This document shows positions 9,893 to 20,591 of a DNA stretch of 22,504 nt, piece by piece. Location: assembly GCA_021432655.1 (NCBI GenBank), contig MU271193.1, forward strand, positions 168,961-191,464. Reading direction: 5' to 3'. The translations under genes were made by a program, and so were the position numbers. How positions within the stretch are numbered: the stretch's first letter is position 1; every line of letters begins with the position of its first letter. The notes below the pieces were generated by a model. That model had not been told where the DNA came from. It did no database searches and saw nothing but the letters and a program-made list of their open reading frames with translations. This stretch comes from Atractiella rhizophila (lineage: Eukaryota).

Positions 9893-12669
9893 CTACATTT
9901 CCTGACTCGCCCATTGTTCCTGCATACTCCTCGCAAATCTGCTTCTTCTTCGAATTTGCGGTCCGTGAAAGAAGAGAGCAATTGGGATGCTCGACAGAAG
10001 AAGAGCTAGACATCCACACAGTGTCCCCGCCCATTGATAGCCTATGGCATTATCTGTTCCTCTCGTCAGATCTGTACATAGCTCTGCATAGAAACACGGA
10101 ACATAATTGCGTCGTAAAAAGGGGAAATGCAAATGCTGCCACGTTTCTAGTCCCTTGAATCATCATCGAAGTCAGCTCTACTACATCGTTAAGGAAACTG
10201 CTTACATGATTGGGCAGCCATGGCTGACGATGCGTAGGCTAAGTAACAGTCGCTAGTTGCACAATCAGTAAAGGGACTGTGGAAGAGAGCTGGCGCACCT
10301 GAGATAGTTGAAAGTGGCTAGATAAATCATGTACACACCCATGGTGAAGATGGCGATACCAATGATCGGCGGCCACCATGGCCCATTGCCCTGTTCGTAG
10401 CTTAGCAATTTGTATATGGCAACGTGCAAGTCATACCTGAGTCCAGGCAAAAATGAAGCTTCCGATGGGAAACAGAAAGCCCCCTATAATCGAAGAATAC
10501 AGTCTCGCTTCTGGGCCTTTTCTCTGCACATTCCTCTTGTACATCCACTCTTGCAGCGGGTTTGTCAGCCCCCCTAGTATTCCTCCGATTCTGCTATCTT
10601 CTCAGCACGAGTGACTCTGACAAGATAAAGACTTCACGTTAGAGCTAAGAATGCCAAACCAGTTTGCCCATTGTCAAAGTTATACACCTTCTTGAGCACC
10701 AAGGGTATTGCTTCGAAGAGTAAGAACAACACTCCCCATGCGAAAGCGATCCACAACGAAAAAGCGAACACAACGGGCTCAGTGGCAAGCAAGTCTAATA
10801 ACGGTGCACACTGTTAGCATCCAATGCAAAATTCTTTCAGAGGGAAGCTCACAAAGTGGCCTGGATAAACTGACACGGATCAGAATGGCTAAACTGGACC
10901 GTTCTTCGTCCGCTTTTACTTTGTATCGGTTATCTCCAGTGGTGACACGCAGTTTGCGCGCGATGGTAGAGAGGATAACAGATCCGCGGGTCTCTCGAAG
11001 GATGATGTTCATGAGGATCCAGGTTGTGCTTGCGAGGATAAGCTTTACCCATGACAATCACTAAGTCCACCAAGACCTCAAAGAAAGCAAACATGCCTGT
11101 ATCCAATTTGTCCATCTCCAGCCCACATTTTGTTCGACGTACCCATACCAAGCCTATTCAAACCAACATCTCAATTTACGCTATTGTTGAGGCGAAGAGC
11201 AGAGCTCACCCCTCCACAGCCATTCCCAGCAAAGGCGGCTGTGCTGAAGATGCTCATTGGCAATCCCCTGTCTTGACTCGCAAACAAATCGGCTATCGTT
11301 CCTCCCACCATGGTCGCTCCCATGCTCGCCATGGCCCCCGAGAGGAATCGGAAGACACAGATTGTCGCGATCGAGTCGGTCAGCGCTTGTGGAATAAAGA
11401 ATACCGCATAAAGGAATGTGGTAATGATATAAAGNNNNNNNNNNNNNNNNNNNNNNNNNNNNNNNNNNNNNNNNNNNNNNNNNNNNNNNNNNNNNNNNNN
11501 NNNNNNNNNNNNNNNNNNNNNNNNNNNNNNNNNNNNNNNNNNNNNNNNNNNNNNNNNNNNNNNNNNNNNNNNNNNNNNNNNNNNNNNNNNNNNNNNNNNN
11601 NNNNNNNNNNNNNNNNNNNNNNNNNNNNNNNNNNNNNNNNNNNNNNNNNNNNNNNNNNNNNNNNNNNNNNNNNNNNNNNNNNNNNNNNNNNNNNNNNNNN
11701 NNNNNNNNNNNNNNNNNNNNNNNNNNNNNNNNNNNNNNNNNNNNNNNNNNNNNNNNNNNNNNNNNNNNNNNNNNNNNNNNNNNNNNNNNNNNNNNNNNNN
11801 NNNNNNNNNNNNNNNNNNNNNNNNNNNNNNNNNNNNNNNNNNNNNNNNNNNNNNNNNNNNNNNNNNNNNNNNNNNNNNNNNNNNNNNNNNNNNNNNNNNN
11901 NNNNNNNNNNNNNNNNNNNNNNNNNNNNNNNNNNNNNNNNNNNNNNNNNNNNNNNNNNNNNNNNNNNNNNNNNNNNNNNNNNNNNNNNNNNNNNNNNNNN
12001 NNNNNNNNNNNNNNNNNNNNNNNNNNNNNNNNNNNNNNNNNNNNNNNNNNNNNNNNNNNNNNNNNNNNNNNNNNNNNNNNNNNNNNNNNNNNNNNNNNNN
12101 NNNNNNNNNNNNNNNNNNNNNNNNNNNNNNNNNNNNNNNNNNNNNNNNNNNNNNNNNNNNNNNNNNNNNNNNNNNNNNNNNNNNNNNNNNNNNNNNNNNN
12201 NNNNNNNNNNNNNNNNNNNNNNNNNNNNNNNNNNNNNNNNNNNNNNNNNNNNNNNNNNNNNNNNNNNNNNNNNNNAGTGCTTCGGCTAGAAGCTCGTAAC
12301 GCATGTAACATCCGTTGGTGCCCTTCTGATGAAGACCAATCACGAGCAAGTGACATCGAGGTGCCATGGGCCGCCGTCTAAATATTGAATCACATTGATG
12401 TCGAGGCATCCTTTGACTCAATCTATCTTGTTCCTGGACGGGGAAGGAAGTCACGAAACGCACCCAAAGCACCTCCCCCCCGCATCTCCAATCCTCTCGA
12501 GCGTGGCATTCACTCCTTCCTCCCTCTCCATCTCTCTCGCGTTGAATTTATCACATCCGCCTGTTCCACCGACCTCCTTCGTGACACCGTCCGAATCCTC
12601 AAGTTCCTCTTTACCATCCTCGACCTCTACGTCCTGTCGAGCCTGCAGCGCTTCTTTTTTCTCCTCCAT
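9893..12669 (-). CDS. MFS drug:H+ antiporter (DHA1-like), paralog B; interrupted by the N gap, with an apparent frameshift in exon 1
   Basis: Visible intron positions match paralog A and the protein is highly similar (LYIITTFLYAVFFIPQAL...GGTIADLF..RGLPM...LRETRGSVIL...GPEARLYSS...YQWAGTL...GPQIRRRSRFA). Exon 1 MEEKKE...EREEGV...GEVLW|GTGCGT (donor 12463) matches paralog A exon 1 but needs a 1-nt shift at the G7 run 12475-12481. Confidence 0.82.
11435..12275. other. Assembly gap (841 N)
   Basis: Run of N. By comparison with paralog A it should hide about three exons of paralog B and part of intron 1. Confidence 1.
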
Positions 12670-13279
12670 GAAAGTACTCTATTAGCAGCTCACTGATCGC
12701 AATCGCCTACTGGTACTGGTGTGCGCAACTGAAATTGGGAGAAGATCCCATCAAATAGGCAGAAATAACGAGTCGTAGCCGGGCTGGTGGTACATATGGT
12801 GCATGGTGACCCTTTCTCAGACGTCTCAGCTCAGCAGACACTACAGCCCCACCGGAATACCTTCAGTTCGGCACGGCAGATAGTCCTTGAATGCTGCATC
12901 GAAGGCGTGATGAGCTTGAATACTTGAATGTGCAAAACGGCAGGAAGCCCGGCGTGATGACACATCGACAGATTCGAGTCAGAGTGAGAGGAGTGCAGGC
13001 GTGCTATATCCAGCTTGAGAATTGTTCCTTGACTTCCATTCCCAAAAGGGCCTCCGGAGTCTGTGTTCAATTTGGAGTTTTGTGGTTGGCGCTGTCATTG
13101 GTTGTAACTTGAAGGATGGAAAGAACTCAGGGAAACAGACCTTTGATGGAACGGTTTGGGTCGGGCGTTTGAATGGAGTGACCGACATGAATGTTATATA
13201 AGTATCCCAATCGCAATCTATTCACCAAATAAGCCAAAAAACGTCTAGGGGTGCATTTCCTCACAGTTTAACCACCTGG

Positions 13280-13437
13280 ACTTTCAGGTTCCTGCCAGTA
13301 CTTCGGGAAGAGGAAAGGTAGTTCGTATAACTGAGGCGTTGACGCATTCAAGGGGAGCACTTTCAGGTTCCTGCCAGTACTTCGGGAAGAGGAAAGGTAG
13401 TTCGTATAACTGAGGCGTTGACGCATTCAAGGGGAGC
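13280..13437. repeat. Perfect 79-bp tandem duplication
   Basis: 13280-13358 is identical to 13359-13437 (ACTTTCAGGTTCC...CAAGGGGAGC). Confidence 0.97.
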
Positions 13438-14090
13438 CGGCATCCCAATGCGTCTAACCGCCCATCGACAGATAAGACAACGGACATATGTTTAGCAAAT
13501 AGGGCAAAAGGCGAAGGGAACAGTAGTATCATCGCCATAAACCTCGCGCCATTGGAGAGTATCCAAGGCAATGGTCGCATGAGAGAGGAGTTGCAGTGGC
13601 AAGATTGATAAGAAGAGGATGTTGTGTATTATAAGTGGCGCGATGTATTTTGGCCATGGAACTTGCAATGAAGGTCTTCATACACCAGTGAGCTTCCAAG
13701 AGCCAGTGGGTGTTTATAATCAATTCGTGACTCCCAACAACTTAACTGTCACGCCCCGACCTGCGGTTCATATTACCAGGACGACACCCTCAAAAGTAAT
13801 ATACAGCACTGGCACTTCCTCAATTCGACTAGGAGCTTATTCTCCTTGCAAATTTCTAGCTCACCTTGCAACCACAACAAGTGGTTCTCTCTGTATCTAC
13901 GCCGCGCGAATAATGTCAGCTTTGACTAACATAATGATCAGCCATTCACATCATCTTGCTTAGCCTTCGTAACACATTCAAGTTCGCATCTTGAAGTGAG
14001 CAAATCCGCCCGCGCCGCACACGCAGCAGAGGAAGAAAGAAAGGACAACTCTTCGATTTCGATCGCCGCGCCCATCCACACGAACGCACC

Positions 14091-15856
14091 ATGACACCAT
14101 CCACCTCCTCCCCGGCACTCCCGCATCGCACCCACAACCCCTCGCCACCGCGTGACCCATCCCCTCGTTGCTCGCGATCGCAACACGAACCATCAGCCCA
14201 GGTGCTCCGTCTGCGCGGAGGGTCGTATTCTCTTGCGCAGGGGGGAGGCGGAGAGAGGAGCGAACTGTTTGAAGGCGTAGAAGGAGACGGTGATGGTGGA
14301 GTGGGCGTGGAGGGCGAGGAGGAGGAGGAGGAGGAGTATTTGGAGGGAGAGGGAGAGATGGAGGGTTACGGTCCGTTGTCATCTCTCTCTTCATCTTCAA
14401 TCATTGTGTTAAAGAGTTATGCTGATATTTTTTGTGGTTTGGCGGTGGATGGATGAATAGAAGAGGAAGGGTCAGCGTCGACGTCTTCCTCGCTCACTTG
14501 GATCACTTGGTTCTGTACCATGCCTGGACACGAATATTTCTGCGAGATCGCTGAGGATTTCATAGAGGACGATTTCAACTTGACCGGCCTCAATATCCTC
14601 GTACCCTTCTATAAGGAAGCTTTGGAGATGATTTTGGATGTCGAGCCGGGTGCGTTCTCTGATATCTTTTCTGCTATTTTGGGTCAGGAGTGTTCAAATG
14701 GTTGTTGCTCGTGAGCTGAATTGCTGCGGATATCGCACATTACTGTCCGTGGCGGCTGTCCTTTCGTGGCCTCGATGAGTAGCAGATGTCAACTTGCTGG
14801 TGTTTTTTTATGTCAAGCTGCATCCGTCTTCTTTGTTCTAGTTCTTCCTGATCTACTCTTTCCTCTCTCGTTGACTTTACATCAGATTCTCTCCTTTATC
14901 GACTCTCAATAATGTTACTGACCCGTAATGTTGTTGGTCGGGATGCAGAAGAAGAATCACTTAAAATCCCCGACGTTTCCATCCTCGAATCCTCCGCCGA
15001 ACTACTCTACGGATTAATACACCAACGCTTCGTCGTCACACGTCAAGGTCCTCCAAGCAATGGTACGTTCGCCCCTTCCCTTCCTCCACTTCTTTTCGAT
15101 AAAGGAGAATCTGAAGTCTCATTGACGTTGATGTTGATGTGATGGAAACAGCACGAGAAATACCAATCCGGCCACTTCGGCGCCTGTCCCCGCGTCTACT
15201 GCAACGGATGGAAAGTAGTTCCCTGCGGCCGCTCCGACCTTCCAGGAGTAGACACGGTCAAATTATACTGTTCGAACTGCATCGACACCTACACTCCTCC
15301 CTCCTCCCGCTTCAACGCTGTCGACGGAGCCTTCTTCGGCACCACCTTTCCACACCTTTTTTTCCAAACGTATAAGGAGTTGCAGCCCGGGATCGTGGGT
15401 GTGTACTTGAAGGGAGGGAGGGATAAGGACGCCTCCATGGGCGCTAATGGTGGACCTGCGGGCGCTGGTGGAGTGGGAACGGATGGAGAGGAAGAGACGA
15501 CGGTGATGACGAGCAGCGCGAGGATCTATACGCCGAAGATATACGGGTTTCGGGTGAGCGAGAGGGCGAAGAGTGGGCCGAGGATGCAGTGGTTGAGGAT
15601 GCGGCCGAGGAGGGAGGAGGAGCTGGACGATGTGGATGAGAGGGGAGAGTGGAAGGAGGGGAGGGGGATCAATAGGTTTGAGGCGGGGAGGAGGAAGAAG
15701 GCTGGAATTGCTGGTAATGAAGAGGAGGAGGAGGAGGAGGGTGAGGGTGAGAGGAGGGAGAAGAAGAATGTTAAGACCCTTCCGACTAAGTTTAAGGGGG
15801 CGACTACGACCGCGGTTGCTGGGACAGCAGAGAATGGGGCGAAGAAGAGGAAGTAG
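14091..15856 (+). CDS. CKB1: Casein kinase II regulatory subunit beta (CKB1-type), exons 14091-14370, 14461-14649, 14949-15062, 15152-15856; one apparent 1-nt insertion near 15050
   Basis: [33 protein letters not shown]...[13 protein letters not shown]...FGACPRVYC...VKLYCSNC...[14 protein letters not shown]...[12 protein letters not shown]2-beta signatures including the Zn ribbon. Removing one base from GGTCCTCC restores RQGLQAM and the exon phase. The start could alternatively be 14358. Confidence 0.93.
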
Positions 15857-16121
15857 GAACTGCAGCCCTTTCTTTTCTTACTCATTTCTGTTAGCGTTCT
15901 CTTTTTTAGTTCAAGAACCATACTTGCCTCCACCTTTTCTTCCTGCTGTTCAGCACCCACTTTGTTGACGTGAGCGTTTACAGATTGTTGGCTGTTGTGT
16001 AATCGATTGTGTAGACTCTCTCGGTATCTCAGAATAAAAGTTTCATATGGTCTATCACCTTACTAACAGTGTATCTGGGGCAAAAATGAAGGGGAAAATC
16101 AAGATGAATACGGAGAGCGCA

Positions 16122-18725
16122 TCAAATTTGCTCAGAATTCGATGAGTAATCCACTGACAGAGGTTCTGAACAAGTTTGACTCGAATTTGAAGAACGACCG
16201 ACTGAGAGAGGTTCTGTTGGATGGCTCGAGATGTCAGAGAGAGCATCTTGGACCATGAGGAGAGCAATCAAGCTCTCGTGGTCCAGAACGGTGTCCACGT
16301 CCGCTTTCCAACGAACCTTTGCGACCTCCTTCGTCTTGAAATTAAGCCGTGGCGAGATCTTCAGTCCGATTTGTTCTGTATCTGGGGGCGGAAGGAGCGG
16401 ACATGTATAATGGCTGTGGATCGTCGAAGCGAAACTGGCAAAACTGTCCTCCAACACGTCGACGTTGTCGGCGAAGGACTCGCCGAACCAACTTAGTGAC
16501 TTGTTCAGGTGGATGAGGCTGTGACAACAGATTATTCGGTGAAAGTTTCCACTTAAATTGGGGACGTACTTTTGAACCTTTCGAAATCTGTCACTTTGAA
16601 TCCGAACATTGGGTACGTCGTCCACATATCGCCTGAGGTAAGATAGGCCGGAGGGAAGTTCTTTGAGAATCAGAATGATTTCTCGCACACAGTAGTAAAA
16701 CGCTAGAGATTTTGTTTCCTTGATCTTCAAAAGGAAATTCATCAAGCTCGAGAAAAAGAAGCGAGATAAACCGTGCTCACATCAAAGTTGAGTTCGATCA
16801 AACCATCCAGGATGGCATCGATGTCCTCGTGTGCCCGTTCCCTTAAGCTCTCCCAAACACTTTTCATCAGTTTGAGCTCCTCTTCATCCCCAGGTTCGAT
16901 GATTTCCCTTTGTGAGTCGCTCAGCATCTCTACAGTTTCTTCTGCGAGGGCAAAACAGGCAAATCTGTGCCTTGCTCTTAAAATCACCGATTCGCGAGTC
17001 GAGCAAGGCTCTTCTTCGCCATATAACCCATGCACCTTCCATGAAGATGGGATGAGGTAGTGTGTCGACCTTCGCCAGGCTTTCACTAAGTCAATTTCGG
17101 TTATGAGAGAGCTGAGGACATTGGCTGGAGACCACTGTTTTGACAGATGCGACTCCCAGTCGGTGGATGGGATGAAATAGCCTCGAGTTCGATTGTCCTG
17201 CCAACAACGAAAGAAGAGCATAGCCATGGTGATGCTGTGTTGAACCGTAACTTGTGATATGAACGTCAACGACTCTTGATCTTCATAGCAGGTTGGACCT
17301 GGCTCTCGCACAAAGGTTTGAATGTCAAAATATGATCTTGGGTTAAGCCAAGGAAGGTAGACATCGAAAGCATGCCAGTCTGAAATTGACCTGTCCAAAG
17401 AATGAGCATCAAATGCGATGTTCCATGACAATAACTTACATGAGGGGCGAGAAAGATATGGCTGACGAAATCCAAAGATCACACCACTGCGAATAATCCA
17501 AGTTAGAGTTTTATCCAGGTCAGAGACACCATAACGTCATTCATGACTTACTGCGAAGCGGCAGACTTCGTCTACCAGGGGCCTATGAGGGAGTTCAGAA
17601 ATAAAAAAGGAAGCAGGCCGACCGCCATAGTAATAATGATCCAAATGACGCTTGGCCAGCTCGAGTAGTTCTCTCATTTCCAGAGCTGAGGCTAGGGACG
17701 CCGCGGCGAAAGTGGACGATGGTAAAGCATGAGACGGAGAGGACGCATGTCTTCGCTTTTGTCTCGCTTGACTCGTACTATATACATCGTCGAATTCCCT
17801 CATCAAAACGCGAGCGACGTCGAGAATGATGGTTACAGCCTGCAGAGAAGGGACCTTGAGATGTTCGTCTTCAAAGCACGCTTTCATGAGTTGCGAAAGA
17901 AGTTCGCGGCACGGTCCTTCTCGAGCTCTACCGAAGGCTCTGAAGTCTCCTGGATCATGGGATGGAGGTTTGACGGACGATATAAGCTCAGGATGGTCTG
18001 AAAGTCGAGCTCCATATACCGAAAGCGTCAAGAAAATGATACCTAAACCAAGCTTGAAGCTATGACCTCGAATTAGGTCTGTGAACATACTGCCAAAGGG
18101 AAACTTCTGGATCCAGTCAAGATTGGATTCGTCTATCCGCTTCGAGAGACTCGGAATGAATAAAGTAGAGAACGCCTGTCGGTAACCATCTACGAGCCTT
18201 TCAGGAACAAGCTGCTGACAAGGATAGTGCTCACCACGCAACAGCCGCAGCATGGAAGCAAGCCCCAAAGTTTTCCTCGCAAGACTAACATCGCCTCGCG
18301 ACACATTGGAGTTGCGAGGTTCGTGATGTGGTTTAGCCTTCGGTATACTGTGAAACAGTTGATATGCCGCAGAACGGCTAGAAAGCAGCTCACCTCACTA
18401 ATGTTCCACTCGGCTTTCGTTCAGCTCTCGGTTTTAAGACTTGAAGAATACACCTATATCCTCCAATCAAGTTTGAACCAGTAAGCTTTTATGGACGAGC
18501 TCACTCTCGACGTTTGGAAACACAGTTTAAGCACGATTTTGTTAAGTCTTCGCTGTCGCGAATACATTTTCGTTTGCCTATGAGATCAATAAAAAGGCAA
18601 TCTTGCAGCTGGCTGAGGATACAAACCTTTCTTGCACGCAACGCACGAAGTCCCTAACTCATCCTTGTAAGCGCAGGCATTCGCAGCAACGAGACACAAG
18701 GAAGCACACCAGGACTTGGACGCAT
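16122..18725 (-). CDS. Zn(II)2Cys6 transcription-factor-like protein (~700 aa), about 10 exons
   Basis: Small 5' exons splice to MRPSPGTS-CVAC-KKGKRK-C-IRDSEDLTKS-CLNC-VSKRRE-C-ILQ. GT-AG introns link the frames of ORFs 17537-18304, 16742-17482 and 16122-16745 (e.g. RFA|WCDLWISSAISFSPLM|SISDW; NFD|IKETK). Confidence 0.8.
16125..16216 (-). repeat. Imperfect 48-bp in-frame tandem repeat at the TF C-terminus
   Basis: EPLSVGRSSNSSQT / EPLSVDYSSNSEQI; the DNA ACTGA.AGAGGTTCTG recurs with a period of 48. Confidence 0.8.
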
Positions 18726-19184
18726 TGCTCCCACGTATATCTCTGACAGGCGCACTGCAAATATGTATCTCCTGCTGTTGTGGTATGGTACGATGCTTAG
18801 CTCAGCGTGTTCGAGGTATTATGTTATGTAATATACAGGGGCTTGCAAATCTGAAAGTTTAAGCACGATTTTGTTAAGTCTTCGCTGTCGCGAATACATT
18901 TTCGTTTGCCTATGAGATCAATAAAAAGGCAATCTTGCAGCTGGCTGAGGGTACAGACCTTTCTTGCACGCAACGCACGATGTCCCTAACTCATCCTTGT
19001 AAGCGCAGGCATTCGCAGCAACGAGACTCAAGGATGCACACCAGGACTTGGACGCATTGCTCCCGCGTATATCTCTGACAGGCGCACTGCAAATGTGTAT
19101 CTCCTGCTGTTGTGGTATGGTATGATGCTTAGCTCAGCGTGTTGGAGGTATTATGTTATGTAATATACAGGGGCTCGCAAATCT
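18524..19184. repeat. Tandem duplication (329-bp units, period 332) of the 5' end of the Zn2Cys6 gene
   Basis: 18524-18852 vs 18856-19184: about 10 substitutions, no indels seen. Each unit holds ~130 nt upstream, the ATG, exons 1-2 and part of exon 3. Confidence 0.97.
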
Positions 19185-19521
19185 CAACAGTGAAGTATTG
19201 TTGTGTAAGCATATCACGCAATTTGCAGCCAGTAACTAGCTGGTAATCAAACACTCACCGTGTGATCCAGTCAAGTCCCAACCCGCCTTAACTTGTGTTT
19301 CGAATTGATAGGGATGGTGGATTGTAGAGTAACTGTGAACAAATATCACGTGAAAGAAGGTGACTGGCACTGAAATGGTTCCTTGTTCGAATGTTGGGCT
19401 CGGGACCGGCAGCATTTCCTCCATTTGTCGCGATCATTTCGAAAGCGCTTGATCAGATCAAACAGAAGAGGCTGAGCTATCTCAGAAAAGGCTTCGCTGG
19501 AATAGCAGATTTACCCTTGCG

Positions 19522-20505
19522 ATGGTGCTGTTTTACACTTCCAATGGTACGCATGACTGGCTTTTGTGGTAACAGTAGTCTAATTCCAACATTGCGAGGA
19601 AGCCCTTGGGGATGACAATCTTCTCTCCATGTAAGATAGCACCATTGTGCTTTGCTCATAGGTTGATATCTCCAGATATGCAGGGAAAGATAAAGTGAGC
19701 AATTGACCTCGCTCCTTTTTCGAAAGCAGATCCCTGATTTGTGCCACAGTTCGAGAGTAAGGATTAGATGCTACCATTGTCGTACAAACTTTGATGTTTG
19801 AGTAGATGAAGATCTCATTAGGTATGCTCTCGAAAACGACATTTGGTTTCATGTCGACAAAGTAAAAACAGTTTCCTATGAACAGCAATACGTTCTAATC
19901 TGACCATAGCTATCTTCTCCCCACATATATCTCCGCCTTCCAGCTTCGATGACCTGGGATGCCATACCTTCAAAGGTTCTAGAGGATTGTTCACAACTCG
20001 TGAAAGCTGGTAGGCCCCCTTCCAACCGATGCGTCGATTTACCTGTTCTTGAATATTTGTCGTAGGTTCGATCGAAGGCAACAAGAAGGACAATGTAACT
20101 ATCATCTATACGCCATCGAAGAATCTCAAGAAGACTGGGGATATGGATGTTGGCAGCGTCACATTCCATAATGACAAGCTCGTAAAACGTTTTCATGTGC
20201 CTACACGAGTCAACGCAGTGGTCAATCGATTAAACAAGACTAAGGTAGTGAAGGAGGTGGATCATGAGGCAGAGCTGGTTGCTCGGCAGAAGGAGGCTTC
20301 GAGAGTCAAGAAAGCAGACGCCCTTCAACGCGTTCGTTTCTCTTATGAGACTGTTCTGTGTATTAACTTTAAAGACTCGGAGCAGAAGAAGGAGCAGGAA
20401 GAGCTCGCAAAGCAGCGAAAGGCCGAAGCGGAGGCAAGAAGTTATGATTCTGTTTTTGCGAATGCAGACCCGACAGATAACGTCGATGACGATGACTTCA
20501 TGTAA
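19522..20505 (+). CDS. CCDC25: CCDC25/Jlp2-family (NFACT-R/DUF814) protein, 8 exons including microexons
   Basis: Spliced: MVLFYTSN...IYAGKDKFENEDLIRY...DIWFHVDKLSSPHIYLRL...QLVKAGSIEGNKKDNVTIIYTP..NLKKTGDMDVGSVTFHN...VVNRLNKTK...SYDSVF...DDDFM*, the characteristic CCDC25 motifs. Confidence 0.93.
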
Positions 20506-20591
20506 CTTGTAACTCGAGAGGGCTTTGGAAAAATTAAATAATCACATTTCTAACATCACGATTCATATTCAAGCGTTTAGAGTAGAACGAA

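Noticed and set aside
11051..12472. Three ~400-aa ORFs in the ORF track
   Set aside because: Artefacts of translating through the N gap; only the flanks belong to MFS paralog B.
12750..12900. CTGAGA motifs and a short uORF (MHHMYHQPGYDSLFLPI*) upstream of paralog B, as a TPP riboswitch or HOL1-type uORF
   Set aside because: The pyrophosphate-binding half of the TPP aptamer is absent, the uORF does not match MLLLPS*, and the TSS is unknown.
13280..13437. Direct repeats as a CRISPR-like array
   Set aside because: Only two abutting units, no spacers, and a eukaryotic context.
15526..15968. Antisense and alternate-frame ORFs over the CK2-beta 3' exon (likewise 13978-14400 and 4575-5108)
   Set aside because: Shadows of purine-rich or GC-rich low-complexity coding sequence.
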